Part shown: one piece after another, positions 1 through 12,972 of the stretch | Layout of the letters: every line of letters begins with the position of its first letter | How positions within the stretch are numbered: the stretch's first letter is position 1 | Assembly: GCF_006345805.1 (NCBI RefSeq) | Contig: NC_042999.1 | Span: 172,298,001 to 172,362,000 of the forward strand | Length of the DNA stretch: 64,000 nucleotides | Source: Octopus sinensis | Taxonomy: Eukaryota | Reading direction: 5' to 3' | The notes under the pieces: generated by a model | The model's database searches: none | What the model was told of the DNA's origin: nothing | The model's input: the letters and a program-made list of their open reading frames with translations, nothing else | Position numbers and translations under genes: made by a program

Positions 1-94
1 ATGTATTTGTAAATATCACGTAAACACACACACATACGCAGATATATGTTATATATAAATGTTATAAATATATAAACGCATATGTAGGTATGTG

Positions 95-127
<33 letters not shown>

Positions 128-604
128 GTATGTGTGTGTGGGGGGGTGCAAAATATCAAGAAGAGATCAGAGTATTAATTATAATAAAAAGTAAAGTCAG
201 TCGCCACGTCAAAGTGGCTGTTCCATATTATTACTAGTTTAACTTCACGCAGATCTTCCGCCAGCTGGTTATCGGGGCGACGCTGCGCCTTTTATATACA
301 ATATATATTACTAGCAACGAAGCGAACCCCTACCACTCTCTAACAGACGACAGGATCGCGAAACCCACTTAATTTCGTTCTATTTGGCTCTTCCTCTTTT
401 CTGGGACATGTAATGCACTAGATAAGATTTTTCATTTGCAAATTATGTTTGCATTTACTTTTAATTCTTTTTTATTCTTAATACTTTTGGCTGTCCCTTA
501 CTCAATTAATTCGTATTTCCCACAACTGGGGTCTCCACTGTTTGGTTACTTACATCGTTCCTGTTTAAGTGTAAATATAAATATATATATATTATATATA
601 TATA

Positions 605-672
<68 letters not shown>

Positions 673-719
673 GTATGTATATACGAGATATGGTTAATAA
701 CTATCCAGACCGTTGCCAT

Positions 720-881
720 TGTAAAGAAGCTAAAGTTTGGCCTTGTACTCTGCTGTGGTTTGACGGAACGTGTGCAGCGCGTGATCCTCGCATTGACCAT
801 GATAGTGAAAGTTGGGCAGATAATCTACATAAAATTTTGCCAAGGGATTTGGTAGACGGAAACTGAAAGTAGTTCGTCGTC

Positions 882-882
<1 letters not shown>
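720..882 (+). mobile_element. Degenerate tRNA-derived SINE, same family as 54005-54160
   Basis: Ends in GATTTGGTAGACGGAAACTGAAAG..GTCGT followed by (TA)n/(TG)n, the 3' end of an abundant octopus SINE as I recall it; the head is decayed. Confidence 0.5.
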
Positions 883-963
<81 letters not shown>

Positions 964-1264
964 TGTGCGTGTCTGTGTGTGTTTGTGTGTATGTCTATGT
1001 TTGTCCTCCCCCATCGCTTGCCAACCGGTGTTTACGTCTCTCTCTCTCTCTCAGTCTTTATCTCACTCTGTCTCTCTCTTACTATTTTCCTTTCTCCTCT
1101 GTTTCTTTGTCTTTGTCAATATTTATCTATTTATCTATTCATCTATCCATATATCTATTTATATCTCATAATGCTTCTCTCTTTCTTTATCTCTCATTCC
1201 CCTCTCTTTTTGGATCTATATGTATGTGTGCGTGTGCGTGAATGTGTTAGATTGTGCGTGGGTA

Positions 1265-1312
<48 letters not shown>

Positions 1313-2254
1313 TATATACACACATATATATACATATATATACATATATATATATGCACATATATATGTATACATGATATACACATATTGACACGCGTAT
1401 AAACGTCTATGTATATGGATGTGTATTTGTGCGTGAATTTGGATGCCAATGTCTATTTGTAATTATGATTCTCTGTAGACAGTAGGTGTATTTGTCACTA
1501 GAAATTTCTGAATATTCTCTGAACACATCTGCCTATTCACAGCTATTTCCTTTGATTTCTGAAATGTGCAAATCGTTCGCCTCAGTGTTCCTGTTAAATC
1601 GACCTATTACATTTTTATTTCATTTCAAACATTTGCAATCTTTAAGAATATATTTGTACTATTGATTTAATTTGATATTAGAATAACATAATCAAAAATA
1701 AATATTATATAAAGCAAACCTCAACTACGTAAAGTACTATTTAAAACACCTTTATAATATTCTGAAATAACAAATTGACTACATATTCTGTGTTTCCTAA
1801 TATACATACTTAGAAACAGATACATCACGCTCACAGATAAACAGAATCACACGTGAAAGAACACATGCCCATGTATATAGTTCTATACATACATGCACCT
1901 AAACATTAACACCTATATACACATAAGTACACAGTCTTATGTAAGCATGTACCTATCTATGAGTGTGTGCGTAAGCGTTATTTCCACACATATATCTGTA
2001 TCTTTACATACTCATATGTGACAAGAAGTAATTTTTGCCTTTTTTGTGAGATAAAAGTGTTTATAAGATTGCAAAATAGAAGTGCTTAAATGAAATTGAG
2101 ACAGAGATAAAAAAGAAAACTTTGATTAGAGAACAATCATCAAATTCGATCCAATGAATTCATATAATTTCAGACTTCCACACATTTGTTCATATACAAA
2201 TATTACCATGGGCCTTAAAGTATAAAGTATATATATATATATATAAACACAATT

Positions 2255-2607
2255 GGTAAAAAATATATAAGCAAATAAAAATTAAAAATATATAGAACGG
2301 CCTGTTAAACTTAACTCGTAATCGAACTGCGGCAGTGAATTCCCGAAATGGCCATATATGTGTCTGACTTCATTTTTGAGAATCTCTCTTCGATCCTGGA
2401 CTCCATCCTACATTGACTGTTATAGAATGAAATATTTTACATTTTTTTCATTCAGGGGAGTAAGAATTTTTTTTAGTGAATTGATATTTTATTTTATTTA
2501 TATTTTTAGTCCCATCACACGCTTTAGAATTTTTAGTCGATTGTATATATCTTCCTGATAGGCCGTTCTAAATATTTGTATTTTCATTTGCTTATATATT
2601 TTATACC
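2255..2607. repeat. Inverted-repeat element with ~49-bp arms next to (TA)n
   Basis: GGTAAAAAATATATAAGCAAAT...TAGAACGGCCT (2255-2303) is the imperfect reverse complement of AGGCCGTTCTA...TTGCTTATATATTTTATACC (2560-2607). Confidence 0.8.
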
Positions 2608-2755
2608 TTCTGTGTCTCTTATGTATATATTCATTTTATATGTTAAAGGACATGGTAATAATTATATTTGAACAAATATAAGGAGGCGTGGTGTTACATA
2701 AAATAGTTGACTCGAAATCGTTGTTAGTTCTCTAATCAATGTTTATATATATATA

Positions 2756-2792
<37 letters not shown>

Positions 2793-2888
2793 CGTGTGTG
2801 TGTATGTGTCTGCCTACATGTATGCATATATATATATATATTTATATAGGTATATATCTATGTATATATATATATATGCATATATACG

Positions 2889-2934
<46 letters not shown>

Positions 2935-2938
<4 letters not shown>

Positions 2939-3094
2939 ATAAACGAGGTCAAAAGAAAAAAATAGATTTCTATTCCAATATGCTGTGAATAGACTTTAAA
3001 TCGTCACTTGGCGATTTAAAGTGGCGATTTAAAGTCTATTTTCAGCATATTGGCGTAGAAATCTTATTTTTTTATTTTGCCCTTGTGTATAAAT
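2935..3094. repeat. Fold-back palindrome with ~75-bp arms abutting a (TA)n tract
   Basis: ATTTATAAACGAGG...GACTTTAAATCGTCACTT pairs with AAGTGGCGATTTAAAGTC...GTGTATAAAT; the centre carries a duplicated GGCGATTTAAAG. Confidence 0.85.
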
Positions 3095-3439
3095 TGTTCA
3101 TAATGTTCACCTTTAAAGGTATTTTAATATGCGGCCACTTTTGATTAAATTTTTGGGAGAAAATTCTTTTTCATTTATAAGTAGTATACATAGAGTTGCA
3201 ACTTACAGAAAAACCCACACGCGCACACGCTCAGACACACTCATCAACATATGTATATGGGCACATCCATACGCGCACGCACACACAAGTGTGCACGTGT
3301 ACATACATGAACATGCACAGGTTCACATATATATGCATATGCACTACAGTGCACACATCTCTGTGCATTGTTACGGAAACAGATTGACACGTACACCCAC
3401 ATAGATGCGCGCGTGCCTGCATGTATACTCGTTACTCGT

Positions 3440-4144
3440 GTGGTTATGTACAAGGGGTGATATGCAAGGGGTGAGAGTATGTGGATACATAGCCATGAAG
3501 AAGTGTTGGGCCTGGCGATTTGCGGCGCTTTACATGGGTGTTAGTTGGTAAAGGCGTAGGGAGTGGATGGTAATAAAGAGATATAAACAGGTTGTCCCCG
3601 GCCTGTGGCTTGGAATTTTCCAGAAGGGTTTATCCCATGTGTCAGCAATACGATACTTCTTATTTCGTGTTGGTGGATACAGCGGGTTGGTATTTAACAG
3701 ATATAATTTTTCATGGAGGCACAGCTGGAAATTAAGGGCGCCGAGTGAATATAGTGGCACCCTGTCGTCCATAGTCCACTTGATGCTGAATGCTTCGTCT
3801 CTGAGATAATGACGTCTCCAGAGATACTGTGACAGGGAAGTGGAGTTCCTTCTCTCCCTGGATCTATATGAATACAAGTGCTGCGAGTAACTTCCGTTAA
3901 ATTCATTGGCTGTCATGCCCGTATAGTGCCTAGTAACGCCATCAGATAGTGTAAGAGTGACTCTGTATACTATAGCTTTTGAGCAGTAGGATCCATCTAG
4001 AGGGCAAGTGGTAGGGTTTCGACAGATGCAGATTAGAATGGGGGGTTGTGTGGGTGCGTTTTACATCTCTTGTTGCAGCGATGTTAGATACGATGTTGTC
4101 TAAGCAGGAGTAGCTTGCCTTGTCATTATGAAGGTTGAATAGTT

Positions 4145-4227
<83 letters not shown>

Positions 4228-4560
4228 CAGGCTATCAAGGTTGCGAACAAGATGTTGTTATACATCGCTCGTCTCAATCCGTTCGCATCGCTTAAGGTAT
4301 TGAAGGATGCCACCCCATCGTGTAGGTGAGCAGGGTGACATTCTCCCAATCGGAAGGTTTTTCTTTCGCTGAACTACACAATCGTTGGTAAGTAGACTGG
4401 TGCAACGTGCAGTAGTTTGTTCAAGAACACAATGAATCGTCACATATGTATAAATACAGGAGTCGATGACGCTGCCCAGGAAGATCATGGGAAATATCAC
4501 ACCACTCAGTTTTGATATGAAACACGATACGCTTGAGATGAGAGCACGTCCCCATTATTT
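3440..4560 (-). mobile_element. Penelope-like element remnant (Cys-rich linker plus GIY-YIG endonuclease, Neptune-like), interrupted by (TA)n at ~4148-4228
   Basis: Minus-strand translation KLFNLHNDKASYSCLDNI...CRNPTTCPLDGSYCSKAIVYRVTLTLSDGVTRHYTGMTANEFNGSYSQHLYSYRSRERRNSTSLSQYLW...IKWT...LCLHEKLYLL matches the PLE pattern C-x-C..CPL.G.C..VY..Y.G.T..H..ST.LS.Y.W..C.LCL.EK (ORF 3530-3916). Confidence 0.85.
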
Positions 4561-4893
4561 AAACAACGAACCATCTAGCATCTTCACGCACTTATAAAAT
4601 GTCTAAATATAAACTTACATTACAACTGTCCTAGACACTGCCTGAGAGGGGCTGTTTATGCGGAATTTCCGTTGTATGCGGAAATTTCGTCTGCTAAACG
4701 TATGTAATATTTTGTGCGTTCCTTCCTATCATATGCGTGAAACTAAAACGTTACGTGAAGTCTACCTGCTCCATGTGCCTTACACTGACAGCAATAAAAA
4801 TAAACAAATAAATTAAATAAATAGGCACATACACCAAACACTTATGTTTTAATATATGAGTACCATCGTAACGTGTTTATTATTATATACACG

Positions 4894-4958
<65 letters not shown>

Positions 4959-5483
4959 ACATACATATATGTATTTATGCACATACATTGATGGTTTGTT
5001 GTTTCCTATCAGTTCCGAAAAAATTTGGTTCGAATGTAATTTTGTATTAAATTAATTCACATAATTAATCTTCTAATCAATTGTGTTTTAAATAAACTGT
5101 GTATCACATAGAGATACCGTCAATTAATACTCCATAACGAGATCTGTTTGATGTTTTTTCTACGCCTCCAAATTGTGAAAGGAGATTGCAGAACAAACTG
5201 ATCATGTTTAGAATTTACATAAAAATAGACATTACTACTGGATAATTAAACAAATATCAACCCACACATACTGAACACGTCAAACATATAACGGGGGCGT
5301 TCATTTGATTTTTGCCCCAGCAATTGAAATCAGGCAACATGTTGCTCAGAATAAAACCTGGCAAAAACATGCTAGTGGTGTGTTTACAGGCCGAGGAAAA
5401 CAAAAGTCCAAAAGTGCTTGACTCTTTCAGTATTCATTCATATGTTCGTGTGTATGTATATATATACTTTACAGCTTTCGAGT

Positions 5484-5587
<104 letters not shown>

Positions 5588-5626
5588 GTCGAGATAAACA
5601 AACGCACTACATATTCGTTCAGAAGG

Positions 5627-5708
5627 AAGTAGGTTTGTGCGTTGGTGTAACGGTCGCCTAAAGAAAGAGGTGTGGGTTCGAGTCCCACGCGTACGGGTAA
5701 ACCTACTT
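5627..5708 (+). ncRNA. tRNA-like element lacking an anticodon arm (probable SINE head or tRNA pseudogene)
   Basis: A-box TGGTGTAACGG; perfect T-arm GTGGG-TTCGAGT-CCCAC (5672-5688); acceptor stem TGTGCGT/GCGTACG; enclosed by a perfect 10-bp inverted repeat AAGTAGGTTT/AAACCTACTT. Confidence 0.7.
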
Positions 5709-6018
5709 ATCTCTGTCGAGGGCTTATGTTCCCTAATATTGGATTATTTTTTTAGTCCTTAAACGATGATCTCTCATACGCTTTACGCTTATAAAATGCT
5801 ATTACTATTATTTACAGTATTTGCAGAATTGTAAATATCGTCGCTGCTTAACAAGCTCATGAAACTTCATATATAAATGCATATATATATATAAGTGTGT
5901 GTGTGTTTGTGTGTGTGTGTCTGTGTGTTGTGTGTCTGTGTGTTTGTGTGTGTGTGTGTCTGTGTGTGTGTGTGCCTGTGTGTGTGTTTGTGTGTGTCTG
6001 TATGTATATATACATATG

Positions 6019-6050
<32 letters not shown>

Positions 6051-6074
6051 TATATATTATATATATATATATAC

Positions 6075-6114
<40 letters not shown>

Positions 6115-6589
6115 GTATATATATACATGTGTATATATATATAGTATATATATATACATATGTATATATACATATGTATATATGTAAGTGTGTATGTATA
6201 AGCACAAAGGGATTACTAAGAGATTAGAAATTCAGGCGAAATGCTTCTTAAGCTCTTGGTAGATACCAAGCAAGTCGTGTGATCTCGGATTGCATGCACT
6301 ACAATAAGAATCAAAGTCCGTCAGTAGCCACATTCCCAAATCCTTTGTTCTGTTTTCATGTTACGATGATATGTTTTTACTGAGTGATACAGAATAAAGA
6401 CCGAAATTATTGGTTATACACATTTATTTATTCTTTTTCATGTTTCAGTCATTTGCCTGCGCATTGTTGAATGGCGCCTCATAGGACTTTAGTTAAACTG
6501 CTGCAGTTTCTCAAATTGTACTTTTTCTATAATTTTAGAGCGTTTGTGCGGTAATTATGCTTTACATGCAGACTAGATTGCACTGAAGA

Positions 6590-7300
6590 TATTTTGAAAA
6601 ACAGTATCGGTAAGAGTTTCAGACTGCTTTGTTCAAGTCAAAGTGAGTGGTGGGGGTGCTTCTTCTTTCTTCCTGTAAGAGACATGTTGGCAATGAATGA
6701 TCGGAGTTGCTTAGTTAACGGTTTTAGGAGTGCTGGTAAAGATCAGGTCCAAAGTGCTGTTACAATTTTGCGTGGAGGTACTAGTTTGCATCCAGCACTA
6801 CATCAAGGAAATCGCCTGTACGTTGCGGCCAATAAAATGTTTCCCAATTAATTCCAGGGTGGTTCAAGTCACCAGCAATAAAAAGATAAGCGGCGGGTTT
6901 TGTAGATACAGCCCTGACGCTTTCAGAAATCAGTGTTTCTTGCTGGTAAATTTGGTGGGTGATAAACAACTCCAAGTATCAGTGTTGAGATGCTTATGCA
7001 GAATTCGCAAAACAGTGCCTCGTGTTGTGATTTGTTCAGATCATTACAAAGAAAAGCTGAAAAGTTTGATCGAATGTAAATCATCACACCACATCCTCGA
7101 CGGTTTGAGAATCAATTTGTAACCAACTATACTAAGACCATCATAAAAGAGTAGAGAATGGGCCTATCTGTTTGTGACTGTGATGTAACTGGGATCAATA
7201 TTTTTGTGGAACATGGAGCACCTTTTTTCAAAGGGCTTTTCCGGGTTACAGTTTGAAACGGTATTTAATCCTATCATGACAGTATACATCAGATGAAATA
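6590..7300 (-). mobile_element. CR1/L2-type LINE apurinic-endonuclease remnant
   Basis: Minus-strand fragments RGCGVMIYIRS, LILGVVYHPPN and FIAGDLNHPGINWE..FLDVVLDAN are APE-domain motifs broken by frameshifts. Confidence 0.8.
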
Positions 7301-7626
7301 TGTGTTTTGTTGTTCAGTGGCAGCACTGAAGCTATACTAGTGGAGTGATGTTCTAGTTGATGGTGGTGGATGATTGTTCCAATAGTTGTAGATATGCGAC
7401 GTGGGATCTCCAGGCTTAGGTCGGCATCCATTTTTTCAGGGAATTTAATGTAAAAGAAGTTCCTCCTTGGCTTATAACATCATAGTTGTAACTCATAGTT
7501 ACATCATAGTTACAACTATGATGTAGTTGGTAAAACATGCTCTTTGTTTATCTCCTCATTCTCTTGGAGATTTTAGGTAAAAGTATACTAATGTGACCTT
7601 CTAATTTCATTAAATTCCATGTCTTT

Positions 7627-7720
7627 GTGCAGCTGAAGATTGTTCTACATTTTAAATTGATGAAATGAAATGATTGCATTGTTCAATTAAAGGAAGTCGC
7701 ATGAAACGATCGTACTGCAT
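7627..7720 (+). ncRNA. Type-I hammerhead ribozyme-like motif with a long, decayed stem II
   Basis: GTGCAG-CTGAAGA-[63 nt]-GAAA-CGATCG-TA-CTGCAT: canonical core, palindromic stem III (ACGATCGT), GUA cleavage triplet, 6-bp stem I (5 WC + GU). The base of stem II is a U-U mismatch. Confidence 0.6.
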
Positions 7721-7758
7721 TATCTCTGTATATCCTTGTTGCTTATATATATATATAT

Positions 7759-7796
<38 letters not shown>

Positions 7797-10700
7797 AAGA
7801 ATCATGTACTCAGACAGACACACAAACACAAGTTTTCACTTTAGTAGGAGTATAAAAATATATATCTTACTTCTCGTTTGTTAATTCAAATCATGTTTGC
7901 AATTTTTAAAAAGAAATCATAAGAATACAAATACAGTATTTCTGCAGATTAACGAGATTGGTTGAAGCCTTTGTAACACAGACCTTACGATAACTACATC
8001 TTATTACAACAAATGTGTAATCTGCCATTGAATATAAGCGTTCATCTTGTTACAAGGATAATTAGTATATAGTTATTGCCTTTATGCTAATAATGCCTTT
8101 ATGCAAGTACGATAAATGGATGGTCATGATATTGAGGTGGGGTGATGAAACCAAATTGGACAGGTTAGTATTTCAGTAGCGTTTTGGTACGCCATTTCTC
8201 TAACAATTGCACCACTGCAGATAAATGAATGCTGATATAGTTGTAATTATGAAGGGAGAATTGTGTTGGAATCAGTTTAATGGTGTTAATATATATTTTA
8301 GGATGCTTCACATGACATAAGCTTGTGCATTGCAATTGTACCATCGAAATAGTGATTTTTATTATTGCGGGGTCTACAAACTGAAGTGACAGTAAGATGC
8401 AGAGTTTCAATTAACCTACCATATATATTCTCTCAAAGATGAATGAGCTTTCTTTATAATGTCGCCTATCAATATTACAACAGCAACCGAAACGAAAGCA
8501 CTATGTGTCATACCATGACACATATTTCTTGCTCATTAACGGATAACTTGAGAAAAGGTAACTCTAAACAGCATTTCATATATTGTTTCTGACATTAGTA
8601 GTCAGAATTGAGGTATGCAGCATGAGACTCATGATTCTGACGGGGATATGTATATAAATTATATCTTCATCAGCTGTCACGAGTAGATGTTGATTTTTGT
8701 CTTTATTAAAGCTTGTTTATCAGTATAATTAAAGAAACTGAAATCAAGCGAAACCATATTAAATTTTAGAAAACCATTTATCTTTGAGAGCCACTTTCTG
8801 AATCGCACTTCCATCATTAAAATCAACAGTGGCAACAAGAACCTCGAATTTGGTCTCGTAACTGCCCCATAACAATCTTCATGCGCATATTTTCGATCTT
8901 GAAAATAATTTATATTTCATCATTTGTTCATTGAGCGATGCAGAAAAGGTTGACGTCGATTCCGTTAAAGTAATGCAGAATATATTTCGTTACGTCCGTT
9001 TTCTTGAGCCATTAAAAATATATTTGAAAACCATCGTAGTTAGTGTGTCATAATATTTCATTCACTTCCATTTTTTACCTCTATAATACCACGTTGAGCA
9101 TATGCGTGAACTATTTATTAATCTCTCGTATGTACGGAATGTTATCTTTTCTTGAATTTGTGAACATTGAATTATTTCATTTTACCTCAAAGCGTTTGGA
9201 ACAAAGATTGAAAATAACAAACCATACTTAAATTCCTTCTTGGTACTCTATGCACGTTTAGAAAATTTTCAGCCTAATTTGAATACGTTAACAAATATTA
9301 GGTTTTATTGTTATACGAAGAGAATACGTAACGTTTAGAAATTATCCTAGAGGCGTGTGACCAAAGTCTTTCAAATCCAAGATCATAATTTGGATGTATA
9401 TAAAGAAAATGTGAAGTGTTGAAAAAAGAGACACAGAGTGCAATCTTTCCCCTCTTGAAATCATATTCAATGATGCATTTGTGAAGCTATATATATGATA
9501 GATAAAGCTGGGAAATGTGATGCATGTTGTGTGGAGGAGTTGGTTCCTGTAGAAGTCAGGATAACGTTGTAATTAGAATGTAAGTCCACATAGATAGAGA
9601 ACAGCTTCTCTTCGCTTTTGAATGAGGTGAGTTAACAAAGAATGCTTCTTAGTCAGCCAACTAGATAAGATTTACCTTAAAAGTCTTAAATATTTTCACT
9701 GTATCTATCATATGTTCCTTTTAAAGTAATGAAGAATAATTCATATAAATATTTCCAACAGAAACTTGGACACTTATTTCTGTACTATGCACTTCGATGT
9801 TTGTAAAGCTTCCAAATTAAATGAAAGTCAATACGTCGAAATGCAATAAAATCAGCTACTTGAAGCTGTTGCATATTTTAGGAAGAGAAAGCGAGCCTAA
9901 ATAATCTAAAACCATATCTGTCTAATACTATCCAAATGGCGTGAAACAGGGAAGGAACACTTGATAATAATCAAGTGTTCATAATAATCATAATAATCAT
10001 ATTTTGAAAACGAGTGATGGTGTTCTTGTTTAAAAGGAAAACGATCGTAACTCCGTATGATCAAGATATTAGAGTAAGGAAAGACTGATCTAAAATCTAA
10101 CTTTACATCATTTTTCTTAAAAGAGTCATCAAAAATGTAGCACTTGCCAGCTTTATTCATGTGCAATGTTACTTAACCTAAGTCTCGCTGTAAAGTTGGA
10201 AGAAGACATTTACAGTGTTGTGGAAATAGGAATTAGACTAACTTCACAATTCGCGATGCTTCTAAAATCCTCTTCGTAAATAATACACACCGAGTGACAT
10301 ATAACCATCTCTGGTATGGCACAGATGTACATCAGTAACGCTATTTACAAGTGACTTATAAGAATATATATATATTAACATCCTGAAAATGAGGAAATTA
10401 GTATAGAAACTATGCCAAAAATAAATGTATTTCGTAACATAAAAAGAAATAATATTTGTTCCTCCAACACCATTCTATATTGGAATATTGGAACATACAC
10501 CAAAAATGTGGTCTTTGTCTTGATTCTGATGACATAAAATAAGTGGACGTAAATACAATAGTTATGATCCAGTTTTACAACTACTATATATGGATGGAAT
10601 GTCTGACTTCGTTGACCTCTATAACACTAACATCAGTTGAAGAATTTATTTCCCCAAGAAAAAAATATGATGATATTCAATTAATATGATAGTGTAGCAT

Positions 10701-11781
10701 AACAAGTTATTTTTACTGCTTTCATTTTCAGCTTTAGATTAGATCAGCTACCCGAATGGTTTTGTGAGATCACTATGAAGCCAAATCATTAAAATATTAG
10801 GTGAATATCTTTTGTCAGTTAGTCTTTTAAGCAGCTAGTCAGGCGTCTAACAATTTTCTTATCGCATTACGAATGTAATTCTATTAGTCTCTTGTGGATT
10901 TGACCAGAAAGACAAATATTTCTGATATTTATGTGTCTAATGAGATGATAAGTAACACCGTGATTAACAGTTTCATTTCTTTTCTTATCTATATTGTCTT
11001 CTGCTTTAGTCGCTAGCGCACAGTACACACAGTAAATATATTATCGGTAACACTCAGTTACAGATGGTCAGGAGAATAGCATAAAAGCAACAGTTTGCTA
11101 TTTAAAAGGCTGATATATTATTTCATTGCTCTGCTTGCCCGTGAATCGTTTTCAGATGCAAGTTATGTAATATGATGCTAAGACCAACTTGCTGGGGTAA
11201 CTGAGTGGTCGACTAATTTTTTTGCGAATTGGAAATATTATGATTAGGATATGCTTGGATCCTTTTTTTTATTAATTGCAACTTTTAGTTATTCCAGTTT
11301 TACTGACAAGGATAGCCTGAAATCTTACACATTTTAATAGCTATGAGATACTTGTATATGATGAACGCATGCCTTGTTCCAGGCTGTTTGTACTGAGTCA
11401 ATAGCTTGCATGTGCCAAGAAGTTCAACATTTAACATGTGCTACCGACATTTAGTCTACAGTATGCAATGTCAAACTTAGGTTACTTAAATTTCTGTTCA
11501 CAATATTACGATTAAGATCGAAACATTACTGTTGAAGAATTGACATATGTTGTTTATTCAAGTTAAAAGAGTTACTTATAAATTAATGTGTGTGTTTGAT
11601 TATCATATAAATAAAAAAATTTAAACATAAGATTCTGGGTTATTTTAATGTTATTTTCATGTATTAAGAAGATGGCTTCATAACTAAATGTGGAATCTTC
11701 GTCAACTGAGTTCTACTATACTCCCAAATCGACCAAAGACTTTCGAGTGGATTCAGGAAAGGGAAACTGAAAGACCATCGT

Positions 11782-11838
<57 letters not shown>

Positions 11839-12774
11839 CGCGTGTGTGTCTGTGTGTGAGTCTCTGTGTGTCTGTGTATGTCTGTGTGTGTCTGTGTGTG
11901 AGTCTCTGTGTCTATGTCTGTTTGTGAATTTGTGTATGTCTGTGTGTATCTGTGTCTGTAAGTCTGTTTGCGTGTCTGTCTGTATGTGTATGTTTTTATA
12001 TGTGCGTGTGTTCGTCCTTCACCGACGCTTGACATTGTGTGTTGGTGGTGTGTTTGTGCCACTGTAATAGATGGTTTGACAACACACGCCGATGAAATTT
12101 GTACCACGCTTAAAATCAAAAAAGTACTGTGGTCGATTCGTTCAAATAAAATTCTTCAAACTGCCACATCATGGCCGCTGTCTAATTAATAAAATAAGAA
12201 AATGAAAAGAAAACAAGATAATGACATTTTTTTCAGCACCCCCTTCACTGACAGTAGGAAGGAAACAATGTTTCATCAACGCGTACACCTGATCTTAAAG
12301 CTTGCAAAAGTGTGCAAACCGCAAAACGGTCATCTGACCAGCTTTTATATATGCTTATGCTGAAATATATGAATACATAACGATGTAGGAAAGTGTTGAC
12401 TCTGATGCATTGGAATCAAGTTCAAATCATGATGAGGTCGAACTTGCATTACATAGTTTGAGGTAATAAAATCAGCGTGGAAATTATGGAATGTTCACTT
12501 GAATCGGCCCCAACTCCTCTCTCTACATGCAAATATACCCCAAACTACGCGCTATTTGGATCCCAGTCTAAGATTTGTTAAAATAGTAAGCTAACTAATT
12601 TTCTGGCTTTTACATCGTAAGAAGAGCAAACCGAATGCGATTCATGGCCAATGAATCTACAAATTATTATTCGTTTCTCATATCATATCATGTATGCAGA
12701 CGATTTGTAAATTTGCTGATATGAGAATATAACACCAGTCATTATTATCACTATTATTATTTAGGCAGTGAGCT

Positions 12775-12972
12775 GGCAGAATTATTAGCCAGGCGAAATG
12801 TTCAGCGGTAGTTCGTCTGCCATTACATTTCGGGTTCAAATTCTGCCGTGGTCGACTTTACCTTTCATCCTATCGGAGTCAATAAAATAAGTACTAGTCG
12901 AACACTAGGATCGATGTAATTTATTCATCTCCTCCCCTAAAATTGCTACCCATTGAAGCCATTATTATTATT
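12775..12972 (+). mobile_element. tRNA-derived SINE with Nin/Deu-like central domain and (ATT)n tail
   Basis: Head GGCAGTGAGCTGGCAGAATTATTAG, B-box GGGTTCAAATTC, core GTCGACTTTACCTTTCATCCTATCGGAGTCAATAAAATAAGTACTAG, ATT tail. Confidence 0.85.

Noticed and set aside
6430-6555. Apparent exon (TTTCAG| ... |GTAATT)
   Set aside because: The acceptor is the reversed SINE tail (TTTCAGTCATTTG.CTGCG), and the frames contain stops or are uninformative.
6730-7122. 130-aa + strand ORF
   Set aside because: Antisense of a LINE endonuclease remnant.
9545-9635. Donor-like GTAAGT and GTGAGT sites
   Set aside because: The longer candidate exon is closed in all three frames, and the 27-nt version is too short to support.
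10000-10060. GAAAACGATCGTA resembling the stem III of the 7627 motif
   Set aside because: No intact CUGANGA core and no convincing stem II.
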